A stretch of DNA of 64,000 nucleotides from Isurus oxyrinchus (lineage: Eukaryota), in NCBI GenBank assembly GCA_026770705.1, contig JANJGN010000038.1, forward strand, positions 6,448,001 to 6,512,000. Direction: 5' to 3'. The position numbers and the translations under genes were made by a program. The notes under the pieces are model-generated. The model made no database searches. It saw only the letters and a list, made by a program, of their open reading frames with translations, and was not told where the DNA came from. Positions within the stretch are counted from its first letter, which is position 1. Every line of letters begins with the position of its first letter. This document shows positions 10,911 through 23,678 of the stretch, in pieces.

Positions 10911-11320
10911 AGCATTTATTACCCATCCCCAGGTAAGGGCAGCAGGTTTCCCTCCGTAAAGGACATTAGTGACCCAGATGGGTTTTTACAACAATCTCCA
11001 ATAGTTTCATGGTCACCATTGGACTTTTAATTCCAGATTTTTTTATTACATTCAAAATCAGTAACATTGTGGATCCTGTCAAAGTCCTGGTTCAGTTGTA
11101 AATATATAAAATCCCTCTCCTTCCTCCTGCACTTCCCACCCACTCCCCACTCCCCACCCCCCCTCCACCGCCCACCCACAGCCTCCCTCTCTCTCGCTCT
11201 GCCTCTCTACATAGAGGCCAGGGTCTCATGTAGGCCTTGACTGGGTTGCAGGTTCCCTTCCCTGAAGGACATTAGTGAACCAGCTGTTTATTTATGACAA
11301 TCCAGCAGTTTTCATGGTCT
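10911..11320 (-). mobile_element. Two SINE fragments resembling the SlmI/MetaSINE type (10911-11050 and 11215-11320)
   Basis: Antisense of ...AAAAACCCATCTGGTTCACTAATGTCCTTTAGGGAAGGAAA.... The family name comes from my recollection of the consensus, not from a search. Confidence 0.55.
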
Positions 11321-11551
11321 CTTTTTTCCTACTGCCGGCCCCACAAATGACCAGATTCATTCAGCTCAATTTCACAACCTGCCTTTGTGTTTTTGTGGGT
11401 TCTCTCTCACTCCCTTTTTTCTGTTTTAAATCAGTTTCACAGGGTGTTAGAAGGGGAGGATTTGCAGTCGGGAAACTCAATCCAAACATCACATCAGGAT
11501 CTGATGGAGTTACTCAATTTACCTTAAACTGAGTATCTTCAGATTTTGAAC

Positions 11552-12424
<873 letters not shown>

Positions 12425-12599
12425 TTGGGCTTTTCTCTTACTCACATCCAGGACTGAGGCATGTTCAATAGGTCGGTTTCTGTTGATCTTAATAAATCCC
12501 AGCCCAGTTATAGGGGGTAAATTATGTTATTGAAGCGCTTTGTGTTAAACAGCATATTGATTTTTTTTAGTATCTCTGATACAAGTTAGTGTCCCTCGA

Positions 12600-13250
12600 A
12601 GGGCTCTCCCTCTCCCCTGTCTCCTCCATCCTCACCTCCAACAACAAGTGTGAGGAGCTCATGGAGCTTCTTTGTCACTAAGATTGAGACAATCCGATCA
12701 GCTGTCTCTGCTGCTTCTCTCCCTCCCACTAGCCCACCGGGACAAACTGTCTCTAAAGATCTGCCCTCTCATCTTGAACTCACACCTTCCTTTAGGTTTT
12801 TCTCCATTACACCATTCCCCCCCTCCGTCTTCTCAATGCTCACCTTGTCCATGAGACCTGCTCTATTGACCCTATTTCCAATAAACTGCTATCAGTGAGA
12901 AGAATGTTGGATGAAGGTTTATGAAGGGTGGAAGATGGGCGACCAGCCAGAGGAGCATAGGAATAGTCGACTCTGGAGGTAAGAGAGGCATGGATGAGGA
13001 CTTCAGCAGGAAATGCACTAAAGGGTGTTGGGAGAACTGATATTCCAGAAGTGGATGGAGGTGATCTCCCTGATGGAGAGAATGTGTAGTCAGTAACTCA
13101 GCCCTCAGTTTAGGGTCTAATAGGAAACTAAGGCTGCAATTGGTCTGGATTAGCCACAGACCGTGGCCAGGGAGAGGGGTGGAGTCAGTGATGAAAGAAA
13201 CGGAGTTTATGATGGGGAGATTTGTGAGCTGGAGCATTAATCCATCTCCT
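12600..13250. mobile_element. L2-clade LINE fragments (+ 12600-12890, - 12900-13250)
   Basis: CEELM..FFVTKIETIR-type ORF2 segment, paralogous to 56298-56590, which continues into a clear L2 RT. Confidence 0.6.
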
Positions 13251-15044
13251 TGACTGTAGTTGTGTGGACCTGAGCATTAATTCACCTCTGCCGTAAAGGA
13301 CTACATGACAGAAACAGCCATTCAATTCAATCGCAATGTGTTCATGAAAATTTCCACTCACCAATTGGACTTTCAAGGATGATGATGATTTTCCACGTGA
13401 CAGAATGTGCCCTGTCAATGACCACAGGAGCCCAGTGAGCATGTGCAGCACTGGGTTGTCCTCTGAGCATGTGCAGTGGGGGAGATGAGCAGCATTGCAG
13501 AGAGGAAAATGGAGAAGAGGATTGGTGTGATGTCACAGCCTCATTTGACCCCACTTTTCACTGAGATAGGGGAATGGTTCTTTTAGCAAATTCAGCGGAC
13601 ATGGGAAAGTTGGATGGTCAGCATTGACTAGGAATAGGGTGGATGGAGCAGGAGTTGGGTCCCATGGGCAAAATCAGCCCTGAGAGGGCAGGAGGGAGAT
13701 TGGAGAGAAACTAAAGGAAGATATGGGTTCACGTGGATGTGGAACATGAAGATCAGGAGCCAGTAGAAGATTATATATTGAATTACAGAGAATAGAAAGT
13801 CCAGAATAACACCATTTTGTTCAACGAGTTTGTGCTGGTGTTTATATATCACCCACGTTTCCTTCCATTCCATCTGCCTCCTCCCAGCCTTTCAGCTTCT
13901 CCTCCTTATCCCTTTTCTCTCATTCACTCATCCCGTTTCCTTTTGAAAACATCGAAGCTGTTTCACCTCACCCACTTCCTGTGGCAGTGCATTTCACATT
14001 TACTCTGAGTAAAGACACTTCCCCTTGTTTCCCTGTTGGATTTAGTAGCAACTATCCTGTATTTGTGGCCCCAGGTTTTGATTCTCCCACAAGTGGAAAC
14101 ATTGGCTCCACATTTACCATATACATTCCATCATCATTTAAAAGGCCTCTTTATGTCACCTCTAAGTCTTCTCTTGTCGAAAGAGAAAAGCCCCAACCAG
14201 TTAAATCTTTCCCAATAACTGTAATCTCTCATTTGTGATATCATCCTTGTCTATCATGTATCCTTGCATCATGTAAATCACCATTGCAAAGTTTATTGCA
14301 CTTTCGCCAGTGATTATACAGAGCTCAGAGCTTTGCACTGACTCCGATACACATTGAACATAACTTTACTGTTTCTGAATTCCATTCTCGTAATAAATCC
14401 CAGTACTTTGAGTATTTTAGTTCAATTGTTGATTTGCCATCATTTTTAACATTATTTGTTCATGATATCCTGAGGTTGCCTTGCTTTTCTACCCCATTCA
14501 TTCTCTTTTTCTCTAAGGTGTAGGAGATGTTTGTCCTCCTCATACCAAAGTATATCATTGCACATTATCCATGTTAAAGTTTATTTACCACTTGACTGCC
14601 CAGTCTGCAGGTTTTCTAATGTTGTTTTGTATTATGTTAATCCTTCCTCAGTGTGAGATATACAGCCTCCAGTTTGTTATCAGCTAAAAATTCACATTAA
14701 GTAACTTGTTCCCAAGTCCCAATCATGAATGTACATTATGACTAACAGTGGACCCAGCACTGATCCTTATGGATCACCACTTTCAACCTGTTTCCAATCT
14801 GGAATTGGGGAGGGGCGGGAGTGAATTGCATGGAATTCGAATCAGGAAGTGAATAAGATAGATGCATTTCAGGGGAAAATAGACAAGTCTATGAGGAGAA
14901 AGGGAATAGATGGTTACATTGGTAGATGTAGATGAAAAAAGATGGGAGAAGGCTCGAGTGGAGTGTAAACACCAGCATGGACTGATTGGGCTGAATGACC
15001 TGATTCTGTGCTGTATATCCCCTTTGTAATCTAACTCTAAATCC

Positions 15045-15480
15045 ACTGTATTATTTCTGTCTGGAAGCAACATGGCATTAAAACTAAAATCAAACTTTAC
15101 CAGGCCATTATCCTGACCACCCTGTTGTATGGAGCAGAATTCTGGATCTGCTCTTGCAGCCACATTAAAGCTCTGGAACACTTCCATCAAAGACACCCGA
15201 GGTCCATCCTGAGAATTAGATGGCAGGACAACAATCACAAATAACGAGATTCTCCATCACGCTGGGTTCAACAGCTTGGAGACCACCCTCCAGACAATTC
15301 AGCTCCGATGGCCAGGCCATGTTTCCCACATGGTCAATCACAGAATTCCCAAGCTGATCTTCCATGGGGCAGTGTCTCAGGGCAAACATCAAGGTGGTCA
15401 GTACAACCAATACAAGGTCACACTAAAAAAGAGCCTCACAAAGTCCTGTGTTGCAGACTGCCTCTCCTCGGAAAACACTG
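15045..15480 (+). mobile_element. RTE-clade LINE ORF C-terminal fragment
   Basis: Reads TKIKLYQAIILTTLLYGAE.W...LEHFHQR..RSILRIRWQD...QLRWPGHVSHMVNHRIPKLIFHG. Confidence 0.8.
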
Positions 15481-15489
15481 CAGTCGGCC

Positions 15490-16040
15490 GGCTGAGTTCT
15501 GGTCACTACATTATAGGAAGGATGTGATAGCACTGGAGAGGGTGCAGAGGAGATTTACTAGGATACTGCCCGGGCTGGAGGCTCTGAGCTATGAGGAAAG
15601 ATTGGATAGGTTGGGTTTTATTTCCTTCGAGTAGCAAAAGGGACCTGATAGATGTGGTTTAAGATTATGAGGGGCTTAGTAGGATGGATAGGAAGGCACT
15701 TTTTCCATTAGTAGAGGGGTCAATTAACTAGGAGGGGGAGGGCAGGGGGTGGGGGCATAGATTTAAGGTAAGAGGTAGAAGGCTAAGAGGGGAGTTAAGG
15801 AGAATTGATTTTTTTTTTACCCAGAGGGTGGTGGGAGCCTGGAACTCGCGGCCTGAAAGGGTGGTTGTGTCAGAAACGCTTGTAACATTTAAGAAGCATT
15901 TAGATATTCACTTGCATTGCTTTAGCCTCCAGGGCTTTGGGCCAAGCGCTGGAAAATGGGATTGGTGTAGTCAGATCTTTGTGAGCAGCATGGGCACAAT
16001 GGGCTGAATGGCCTTCTCCTGTGCTGTAAATATCTATGAG
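15490..16040 (+). mobile_element. CR1 LINE 3' end
   Basis: FWSLHYRKDVIALERVQRRFTRILPGLEALSYEERLDRLG, followed by the tail gggctgaatggccttctcctgtgctgtaa. Confidence 0.88.
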
Positions 16041-16339
16041 TGTAGAAGTGGAGGCAAGCACTGAAATTTTATTCAGCGTGTTTTGAGGACCATCTACATC
16101 AAACTCAACATCTGACATGCCCAGAGGAAGGTCAGAGGTGGCACAGATGCAGAAGTTCACCCAAGCACCACCAACAACAATATGAACAGCCAGTTCTGTG
16201 GATGTCCATGCTGATCCCACACCGAACTGTTCAGTCAGGACAGGATCCACAGAAAATGATTAAATCATTTACATTTTGGACACAATCGAACAATGAGTTT
16301 ATCACAATATTATCCCTGTTCTCCAGATCAGGGGACGAT

Positions 16340-17600
16340 ACTTGTCTGTATTATTGCAGTGCTGTCAGTAAAATCAGTGTGAGACAATCTTTTGTTGTGA
16401 GATTGATTATCTGGTGTCACAAACCACAAGATTCAACATTTAGAGTCAACAAGATGAACAAGGTAACACCAATTGTCCAGCTCAATGTTCACAGGAGAAA
16501 GTCTGTTTTCTAATACCTCGAGTGGACAGAATAGAGAAAGATTCCAACTGTAAGAAACCCTCGAATCATTTGTAAATATCTTTCAAATGTTGACAAGTTC
16601 CAGCTGTCAGACTCCATCACATTGAAGTTAATGGAAGGTGAGAGAGCAGTTATTCGAGAGCTTTAAAAAACACTAGTTAGAGCACAGCTAGAGTACTGAG
16701 TCCAGTTCTAGTCAGCAAATTACATGAAGGATGTGATCACACAGGAGAGAGCACAGGAGAAGAGATTTATCTGGATGTTGCCAGGACTGGAGAATTTTAA
16801 CTCTGAGGTAAGATCGGATCAGCTGGGGTTGTTTTCTTTGGGACAGAGGAGGAAGAGAGGAGATTTAACTGAGGTATATAAAATTATGAGGGTCCCAGGT
16901 GGAGTGGATAAGAAGGACCTATTTCATTTACAGAGCAGTCAGAACCAAGAGGACAGAGATTGAAAGTAATTGGTGGAAGATTAGAGGGGAGTTCAATAAT
17001 GACTTTACTTAGAGGGTGATGGATCTTGGAACTTACTGACTGAAAGGCTGATAGGAGCAGAAATACACAGATTTAAAAGGTACTGGGATATACACCGGAT
17101 GTGCTGTAACCTACAGGATTACGGACCAAGAGCTGGAAAGTGGATTAGACTGGATTGCTCATTTTCGGCTGGTAGACACATGATGGGCTGAATGCCCTCC
17201 TGCTGTAAATTTCTATGATTCTGTGGTGACAACTGGTCCTTGTGTTTTTACCCGAGACATGCCACAGCTCAGTCATTTGCTCCAAGTGTTGATGTTTTGG
17301 ATGAAGCTAAGAGGTGCCAAGTATTGGTAGCAGCAGGATGAGTAAATAAAATCGAGGCGTCTGTAAATACTGATATAGTTTCTGTATCTAGTTGCATTTT
17401 TATATCTTCTGTTGAAAGTGGCCCTCGCCCAGTGTCAGGATATTGGATCAGTGCTACCACGGAAATTGAATTTGACACCAGTGAGATAGACAATGTCAAC
17501 CGGATCCTCAGTATCTCTGTAACCTCCTCCAGCCCCACAACCCTCTGTGTAAATACAAGGTGTTGTTGTTGGATTACACCCTGAAGATAGACGGTATAAT
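16340..17600 (+). repeat. Segmental duplicate of 58120-59370 (includes CR1 3' end 16670-17220)
   Basis: Colinear match, e.g. attgcagtgctgt...gtgagacaatc, gagtcaacaagatgaacaagg and cagccccacaaccctctgtgtaaatacaag in both copies. Confidence 0.9.
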
Positions 17601-17674
17601 TATTTTTTAACTTTTACTCTTCAGGTGAAGTATCTTTATTCAGGCTATTTTCAAGGTTTTGCAAGATGTAACCT

Positions 17675-17990
17675 AACAGTGATTTATTTGTACTTCTTGC
17701 AGTTTAGTTACTGTATTCACTGCTCATGATGCAGTCTGCTCTACATTGGGGAGACCAAACACAGATTGGGTAATGACTTTGTGGAACAACCTCCATTCAG
17801 TCTGTGAGCTTGACCCTGAGCTTCCGGTCACTTGTCATTTTAATTCTCCATCCCACTCCCACTCTGACCTCTCTGTCCTCGGCCTGAACTGTTCCAATGA
17901 AACTCCATGGGGGCTTGAGGAACAGCAGCTCATCTTTTGATTTGGCACTTTACAACCTTCTGGACTCAACATCGAGTTCAGCAGTTTCTG
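17675..17990 (+). mobile_element. Old PLE GIY-YIG fragment
   Basis: ctctacattggggagaccaaa (LYIGETK)...PELPVTCHFNSPSHS...LEEQQLIF. Confidence 0.8.
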
Positions 17991-17999
17991 CACCAACAG

Positions 18000-19160
18000 T
18001 GAGTTGTCAGGATCTGGAACATTCTAACTGAAAAGGTGCTGAAACCTGATTCTATCAGGGAGTTTAAAAGGGAGTTGACTGGGATTGAGATTGAGGAACT
18101 TACAGGGTTACGAACAGGGAATAAACACAACTGCTCTTTCAAAGAGACAGCACAAGCACAAAGGGCTGAATGGCCTCCTTCTGTGCTCTAAGTTTCTATG
18201 ATTCCAGGAGTTGGCCATTTAGCCCCTCAAGCCTATCCCTCCATGCAATCAGATCAGGGCTGATCTGTGACCCTTTGTCTCATGTGCCTTAATTTATACC
18301 TTGGGTTAGCAAAGATCTATTAATGTCAGACTGAAACTGAATATTGATCAAGCATGTACTGCTAATTCAGAAAGAGAATTCCAAACTTCTCCCAACTTTA
18401 CCTGGAGAAGATTTTCCTAATCTCATTCCTGAAAGGTCTGGCTCTAATTTGTAGACTGGATTCCCCAACCAATGGAAATAGTTCCTCTCTATCTACCACA
18501 CCATTTTTCAATTAATATCATGAAAACTTCGAGAAAATCCTCCTCAATCTTCTAAATTCCAGGGAATGCAACCCTCACAGTGAGATGATGAATACTGGCA
18601 GAAGGAATAGGGAGAGGCAATAGATACTTAATGGTACAGCCCCAAAGAGCGTGCAGGGACAGGGGGACCTGGGGGTTGACCTGCACAGACATTTGAAGGT
18701 GACAGGACATATTGAGAGAGCAGTTAGCAAAATATCTGGGATCGTGGGCTTCATAAGCAGATTTAACGTGCATAAAAGCAGAGAAAAATAAGATGACCCG
18801 TTATAAAGCTCTGGTTAGGTCACAACAGGAGTACTGCATCCAGTTCTGGTCTCCACACTTTAGGAAAGATGTGAGGTTCCTCGAGAGGCTGCGGAGGAGA
18901 TTTGCCAGAATGGTTCCAGGAAAACAGGAATTCAGTTACAAGGTTAGATTGGAGAAGCTGGAGTTGTTCTTGGAATAATGGAGTTGAGAGGAGATTTGAT
19001 AGAGGTGGACAAGATTGTGACAAGTTTAGATAAGATGGACAAAGAAAAAGTTGTATCCACTAGGTGATGATACAAGGATTAGAAGGACACAGACTGAAGG
19101 TTATGGGCAACAGATACAGGATAAATGCAGGGAGGAACATTTTACACAACAATTGGTAAT
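18000..19160. mobile_element. CR1 fragments (+ 18000-18200, - 18210-18575, + 18580-19160)
   Basis: YKALVRSQQEYCIQFWSPHFRKDV...RFARMVPG, plus CR1 tail motifs. Confidence 0.8.
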
Positions 19161-19169
19161 AACCTCCGG

Positions 19170-19745
19170 CTCCATTCCTCTCCTGCACTCCGCCCTTTCT
19201 CACCAGCTGGATTCTCAGCCTGACCACTTTCATCCCGATCCTCACCCCCAATGCACATGCTCCAATTCAAGTCCACCACACCCCTCATTCATTCCGATTG
19301 GCCGGAGGACCAGCCTCTCCGTCTCGTTCCTCCAAGCCCGCCCCCTGTCCCTATTGGTTCGGAGCTGCCGTCAATCATTGTGAGCTTGATAAGTGCGCAG
19401 AGAGTGAAGTCAGACGTGAATACATCTGGAGCAAGCGGATTTGAAATGTGGGATTTACAAAGACCGAGTGCGGACTGACAACTGGAAAAAAAAAACCCGT
19501 GAGCATAGATAGGGCTGGTGCGGAAGTTGGGAGGCTTTATAAATTCACGACCTCTGACCTAAACCCTCAATAAGGAACCATTGGTTCAACGACAGTTCAG
19601 GCTATTTCTCCGGAAGTAGGCCCAACTTAACGGCTGCATGTATATAGGGGGCAAGCAGCGCAGAGCGCATGTGCGGCCACCATCTTTGTAGGGGGCAATG
19701 TCCAACAGGGAGCATGCGTGGCCGCCATTTTTACAGAGGCTGCAG
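19170..19745 (+). promoter_or_regulatory. CpG-rich promoter and first non-coding exon, probably of the ZNF at 21880
   Basis: Two reverse CCAAT boxes (about 19297 and 19353), GC boxes, ETS sites CGGAAGT (about 19521 and 19611), NRF1-like GCGCATGTGCG and YY1 GCCGCCATTTT (19721-19731). Homologous to 47300-47470. Confidence 0.7.
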
Positions 19746-20007
19746 ACCCGGATGAATGACCCGCAGGAGGGACAATAAATCAGAGATAGAGTTTGGTGTG
19801 AAATCAATGGGTTGTTGTAAAACAGGAGATCAGGGTCACAGTCAGAAACAACAACAACTTCTATTAACATCATAAATCATCCCAGTGAGCTTCACAGGGA
19901 AATTATAAAACAAAGTGTGACATCCAGACACAGGAGGAGATATTAGGGCAGGTGACCAAAAATAGTTAAATAGTAGTTTGATTGTACGGAATTTGATTAT
20001 AACTGTA

Positions 20008-20388
20008 AAAAGAGACAAGCTGTCAAAACTTTTCGACTTGCACTCACCAGGACAGACACAAGAATCCCAAATTTCAAAGACAACAATTTCTACTGCATGA
20101 GAAAAGGGTGCAGATTGGTTGACCCGTCAGCTCTGATTGGTTGTTGTCATGGAGAACACAGCAAGGAGCTGTCATCCTCTGTGCTTTTGTTTAATTCCAC
20201 AATAGGCCCCATGCCTGGACTTGTTCCTTCTGCCTGCGGAGGACAGGTCCCTGTGGATGAACATACGGAGCTTCTAGCAAGTGTAAGTCAGCCACATTAC
20301 AAGCCTGACTGATACTTTTTGAAATTTGGTATTCTTCCCTCTATCCTGATGAGTACAAGATAAAACGTTTTGCCAAAATGTCTTTTTT
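20008..20388. mobile_element. 380-bp non-autonomous element with terminal inverted repeats of about 70 bp, each containing a hammerhead-like motif
   Basis: 20008-20078 is an imperfect reverse complement of 20318-20388. Left (-): TGTC CTGGTGA GT GCAAG TC GAAA AGTT TT GACA. Right (+): TATC CTGATGA GT ACAAG AT AAAA CGTT TT GCCA. Confidence 0.7.
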
Positions 20389-20399
20389 CATTAATACTC

Positions 20400-21020
20400 A
20401 ATTGTCTTAAAGGGGGAAAGTGTGGTGGACAGAGGGAGAGAATTTCAGAGCTTGAGGGAACTGAAGGCATGGACACTAATGGTGGAGCAATAAAAATAGG
20501 TGATGCTAGAATTAGAGCAGTGCAGATATCATAGAGGGTTGTGGGTTTGCAGAAGATTGCAGAAATAGGGAGAGAGGAGGCCATGGGGGGATTTGAAAAT
20601 AAGGATGAGAATTTTAAAATCAAGTTGCTGCTTGAACGGGAGCCAAGAAAGGTCAGGGAAGGGGCCCAGCTGTGAGTGAAGACACAGACAACAAAAATAT
20701 TTCTTCAAGGTTACGGAGGATAGAATGTAGGAGACCAGCCAGGAGTGTGTTGCAATGGTCGAGTCTGTAGGTAAAAATGGCAGTATTGAGGGTTTCAGCA
20801 GCAGCTGAGACAGGGGAGAGGTCAGGTGATATTATGGAGGTAGAAACAAACGATCTTAGTGAAGGCACAGACAATGAGGTCAGCAACTCATTTCGAAATC
20901 AAATGTGACACCGAGGTTGTGAACAGACTGGTTTAATCTCAGACTGTTCCCAGGGAGAGGGATGGAGTTGGTATCTGGGAAATGGAGATTGGAGCAGGGA
21001 CGCAAAACTGTGTCTTCAGT
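20400..21020 (-). mobile_element. L2 LINE 3' fragment
   Basis: SAAAETLNTAIFTYRLDHCNTLLAGL (RLDYCN motif), followed by an L2-type tail. Confidence 0.8.
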
Positions 21021-21879
21021 CTGCTCAGTGTTTAACTGGAGTTAATTAGTCATCAGGAAGAGAAGCAGGAACCAGAATGGGCCATGAGACTGATCCCAGG
21101 TTTAACTCAGTTAGAGAGGGAGAGAAGGAAGGAAACCCTGGGAGGTTTGAAGAAACCACCTACACGATCACTCATTAAATCTCCACACAGTAAGTTTTGG
21201 ACACAAGGTTAACATCTGCTATTCTGCCTGGTCGGACAGCGGGTTTCAGATTAATGTTTTGTTACGAGTAATCACTGAAGTGAATGATCAGACATATTGT
21301 CACCTCCAATTGTAGAAATTTGTTAAAAAGATACAGAAAGAACTGTCCAAAACTCTGTTTGGATTTCAGCACAGGGAGGAAGGAGAGTGTGTGGGACAGG
21401 GGTTTGCAGCTTTCAGGGAACAAGAGAGGAAAAACTGTTCTGTAGAAACTAGAATTGTCTGTTCTGAATTTCTATCCTGTTCTTACAATGATGGCTCTTG
21501 TAAACTCCTTTTACAGAGAATTAGAAGGGGAGGATTTTCAGGCAGGAAACTCAAACCAAACATCACATCAAGATCTGACAGAGTCACTCGATTCATCAGG
21601 ACCTGAATATCATCAATTTTGAATGTGGAGGCAGAAATGTTTGTCTGTTCAGTCTGTGGGAAAAGATTTCAAACATCAGTGTGACTGCAAAAGTACCGAA
21701 ACACACACACCCGAGTGAGAGTGTTCTAGTGAACTGATTGTAGAAAGAGCTTTAACCAGTTATAAAGCCTGAAATAACATCACACCATTCACAGCGGGGA
21801 GAAACTGTACACGTGTTCTCTGTGTGGACAAGGCTTCAACTGATCATCAAAGTTGGAGAGACACAGGGACAGATGGACC

Positions 21880-22506
21880 ATGGAGAAACCATGGAAATGT
21901 GAGGACTGTGGGAAAGGATTCAATTATCCATCCAGACTGGAAATCCATCGACGCAATCACACTGGGGAAAGGCCGTTCACGTGTTCTCAGTGTGGGAAGG
22001 GATTCAATCATTTATCCAGCCTGCTGACACACCAGCGAGTTCACACTGGAGAGAGACCATTCACCTGCTCCGAGTGTGGGAAGGGATTCACTCAGTTATC
22101 CAACCTGCTGATGCACCAGCGAGTTCACACTGGAGAGAGACCATTCACCTGCTCCAAGTGTGGGAAGGGATTCACTCAGTCATCAAGCCTAGTGAAACAC
22201 CAGAGAGTTCACACTGGGGAGAGACCGTTCACCTGCTCCGAGTGTGGGAAGGGATTCACTCAATTATCAATCCTACTGGCACACCAGCGAGTTCACACTG
22301 GTGAGAGACCGTTCACCTGCTCCGAGTGTGGGAAGGGATTCACTCAATTATCAATCCTACTGGCACACCAGCGAGTTCACACTGGTGAGAGACCGTTCAC
22401 CTGCTCCGAGTGTGGGAAGGGATTCACTCAGTTATCCAGCCTGCTGAAACACCAGCGAATTCACACAAGGAGAGGCGGTTCAGCTGAACTTCCTGTGGAA
22501 AAGTGA
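21880..22506 (+). CDS. C2H2 zinc-finger protein, 208 aa, 7 tandem fingers, no effector domain
   Basis: Kozak ACCATGG start ([14 protein letters not shown]), canonical TGERPF linkers and all Cys/His intact in 7 fingers. A frameshift after finger 7 leaves about 3 decayed fingers to about 22720. AATAAA at 22865-22870. Acceptor TTTTACAG near 21516. Confidence 0.85.
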   Translation: MEKPWKCEDCGKGFNYPSRLEIHRRNHTGERPFTCSQCGKGFNHLSSLLTHQRVHTGERPFTCSECGKGFTQLSNLLMHQRVHTGERPFTCSKCGKGFTQSSSLVKHQRVHTGERPFTCSECGKGFTQLSILLAHQRVHTGERPFTCSECGKGFTQLSILLAHQRVHTGERPFTCSECGKGFTQLSSLLKHQRIHTRRGGSAELPVEK

Positions 22507-23445
22507 TTCAGCCTTATTCCACCTCAGTGTACACCAGTGAATTCACGTTGGAGCGAGACTGTCCAACTGCTCTGAATGTGGAAAGGGATTCACTCATTTA
22601 TCCAACCTGCTGAGACACCAGCAAGTTCACACTGAGGAGAGGCTGTTCACTTTCTCCTAATGTAGGAAGGGTTTCACTTGGTCACCCCACCTGCTCAGAC
22701 ACCAGCGAGTTCACAAGTGTGTGCAGGTGTTGGATTCTGCTGTTATTGCTGCTGTTAATCACATCCAGAACTGAACCATGTTCATTCTGACAGTTGTGGT
22801 TTGTTTCTATTGATGTTAATAATCCCTGTAACTGGGCTGAAGTTTAATGTCTTGATGTCTGTTAAATAAATCAGCTTTGTTTCAAACTCTCAGAATGTCG
22901 TGTCCTTGATTTCTCCAGGATAAGAGGAGACTGGTTGATGTCCTGTTCCCAACTGCTCCATTTTTGGTTCTTTTCTCCTTTCTAACCCTTGATTCTTTCA
23001 GTTCTCAGACCTTTGATTACTCTCATGGAAAAGTCCCAACTCCCCAAACCTCCTAGAGAGCCTTAGGATCCAGGGAAGTATCTGTATTAAAAACAGAAAA
23101 TGCTGGAAATAACTGATACTTTTCCAAGTGCCAATTGATTTTCTCCCAGATTATTGTCTCCAGCCTTTCCCCACCACTGATGTGAAGCTGATTGTCCTGG
23201 AATTGCTGTGTTTTTGAACAGGGGTGTAACATTTACAATCTGTCAGTCCTTTGACACCACTACTGTATAAGGAGGATTGGAAGATTGTGACCAGAGTCTC
23301 CACAAGTTCCATCTGAAGGATGCTGTCTCTGACAGTGCAGCAGTCCCTCAATGTCACCCTGGAGTGTCAGCCTAGATAATGTGCTCAGGTTTATTAATAT
23401 TTCCTCTTGTTATTGATGTGGATCATTAAGAAACAATGGACTCTT

Positions 23446-23503
23446 ATGATGTCATCCAGTCCCAGTGTGATGATGTCATCCAGTCCCAGTGTGATGATGT
23501 CAT
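23446..23503. repeat. 24-bp tandem repeat, about 2.4 copies
   Basis: GATGTCATCCAGTCCCAGTGTGAT repeated. Confidence 0.9.
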
Positions 23504-23678
23504 GAAGACTATTAAATACCAGCGGAGCCTCAGTGGTGAAAACAGTTTTGTTCAAGATGGCGGCAAGTCCATTACTGATAGATCAGCAAATGGAATTAAT
23601 GGGAAAGAAAGTGAGGCAGCTCATGGACATCAGGAATAGTGTTGTGGATTATGAAGACAAGAAACATGTCCATTTTAT

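Noticed and set aside
16330-16365. DDTCLYYCS resembling an immunoglobulin V-domain YYC motif
   Set aside because: There is no upstream Cys/Trp framework and no RSS heptamer-nonamer, and the motif is not kept in the duplicate at 58120.
21725-22495. TGA at the first Cys of CxxC (about 21730, 22487 and 48169) as selenocysteine zinc fingers
   Set aside because: Neighbouring TAG/TAA stops and frameshifts lie in the same segments, paralogous fingers have TGC/TGT, and I see no convincing SECIS in the shared 3'UTR. A SECIS search would settle it.
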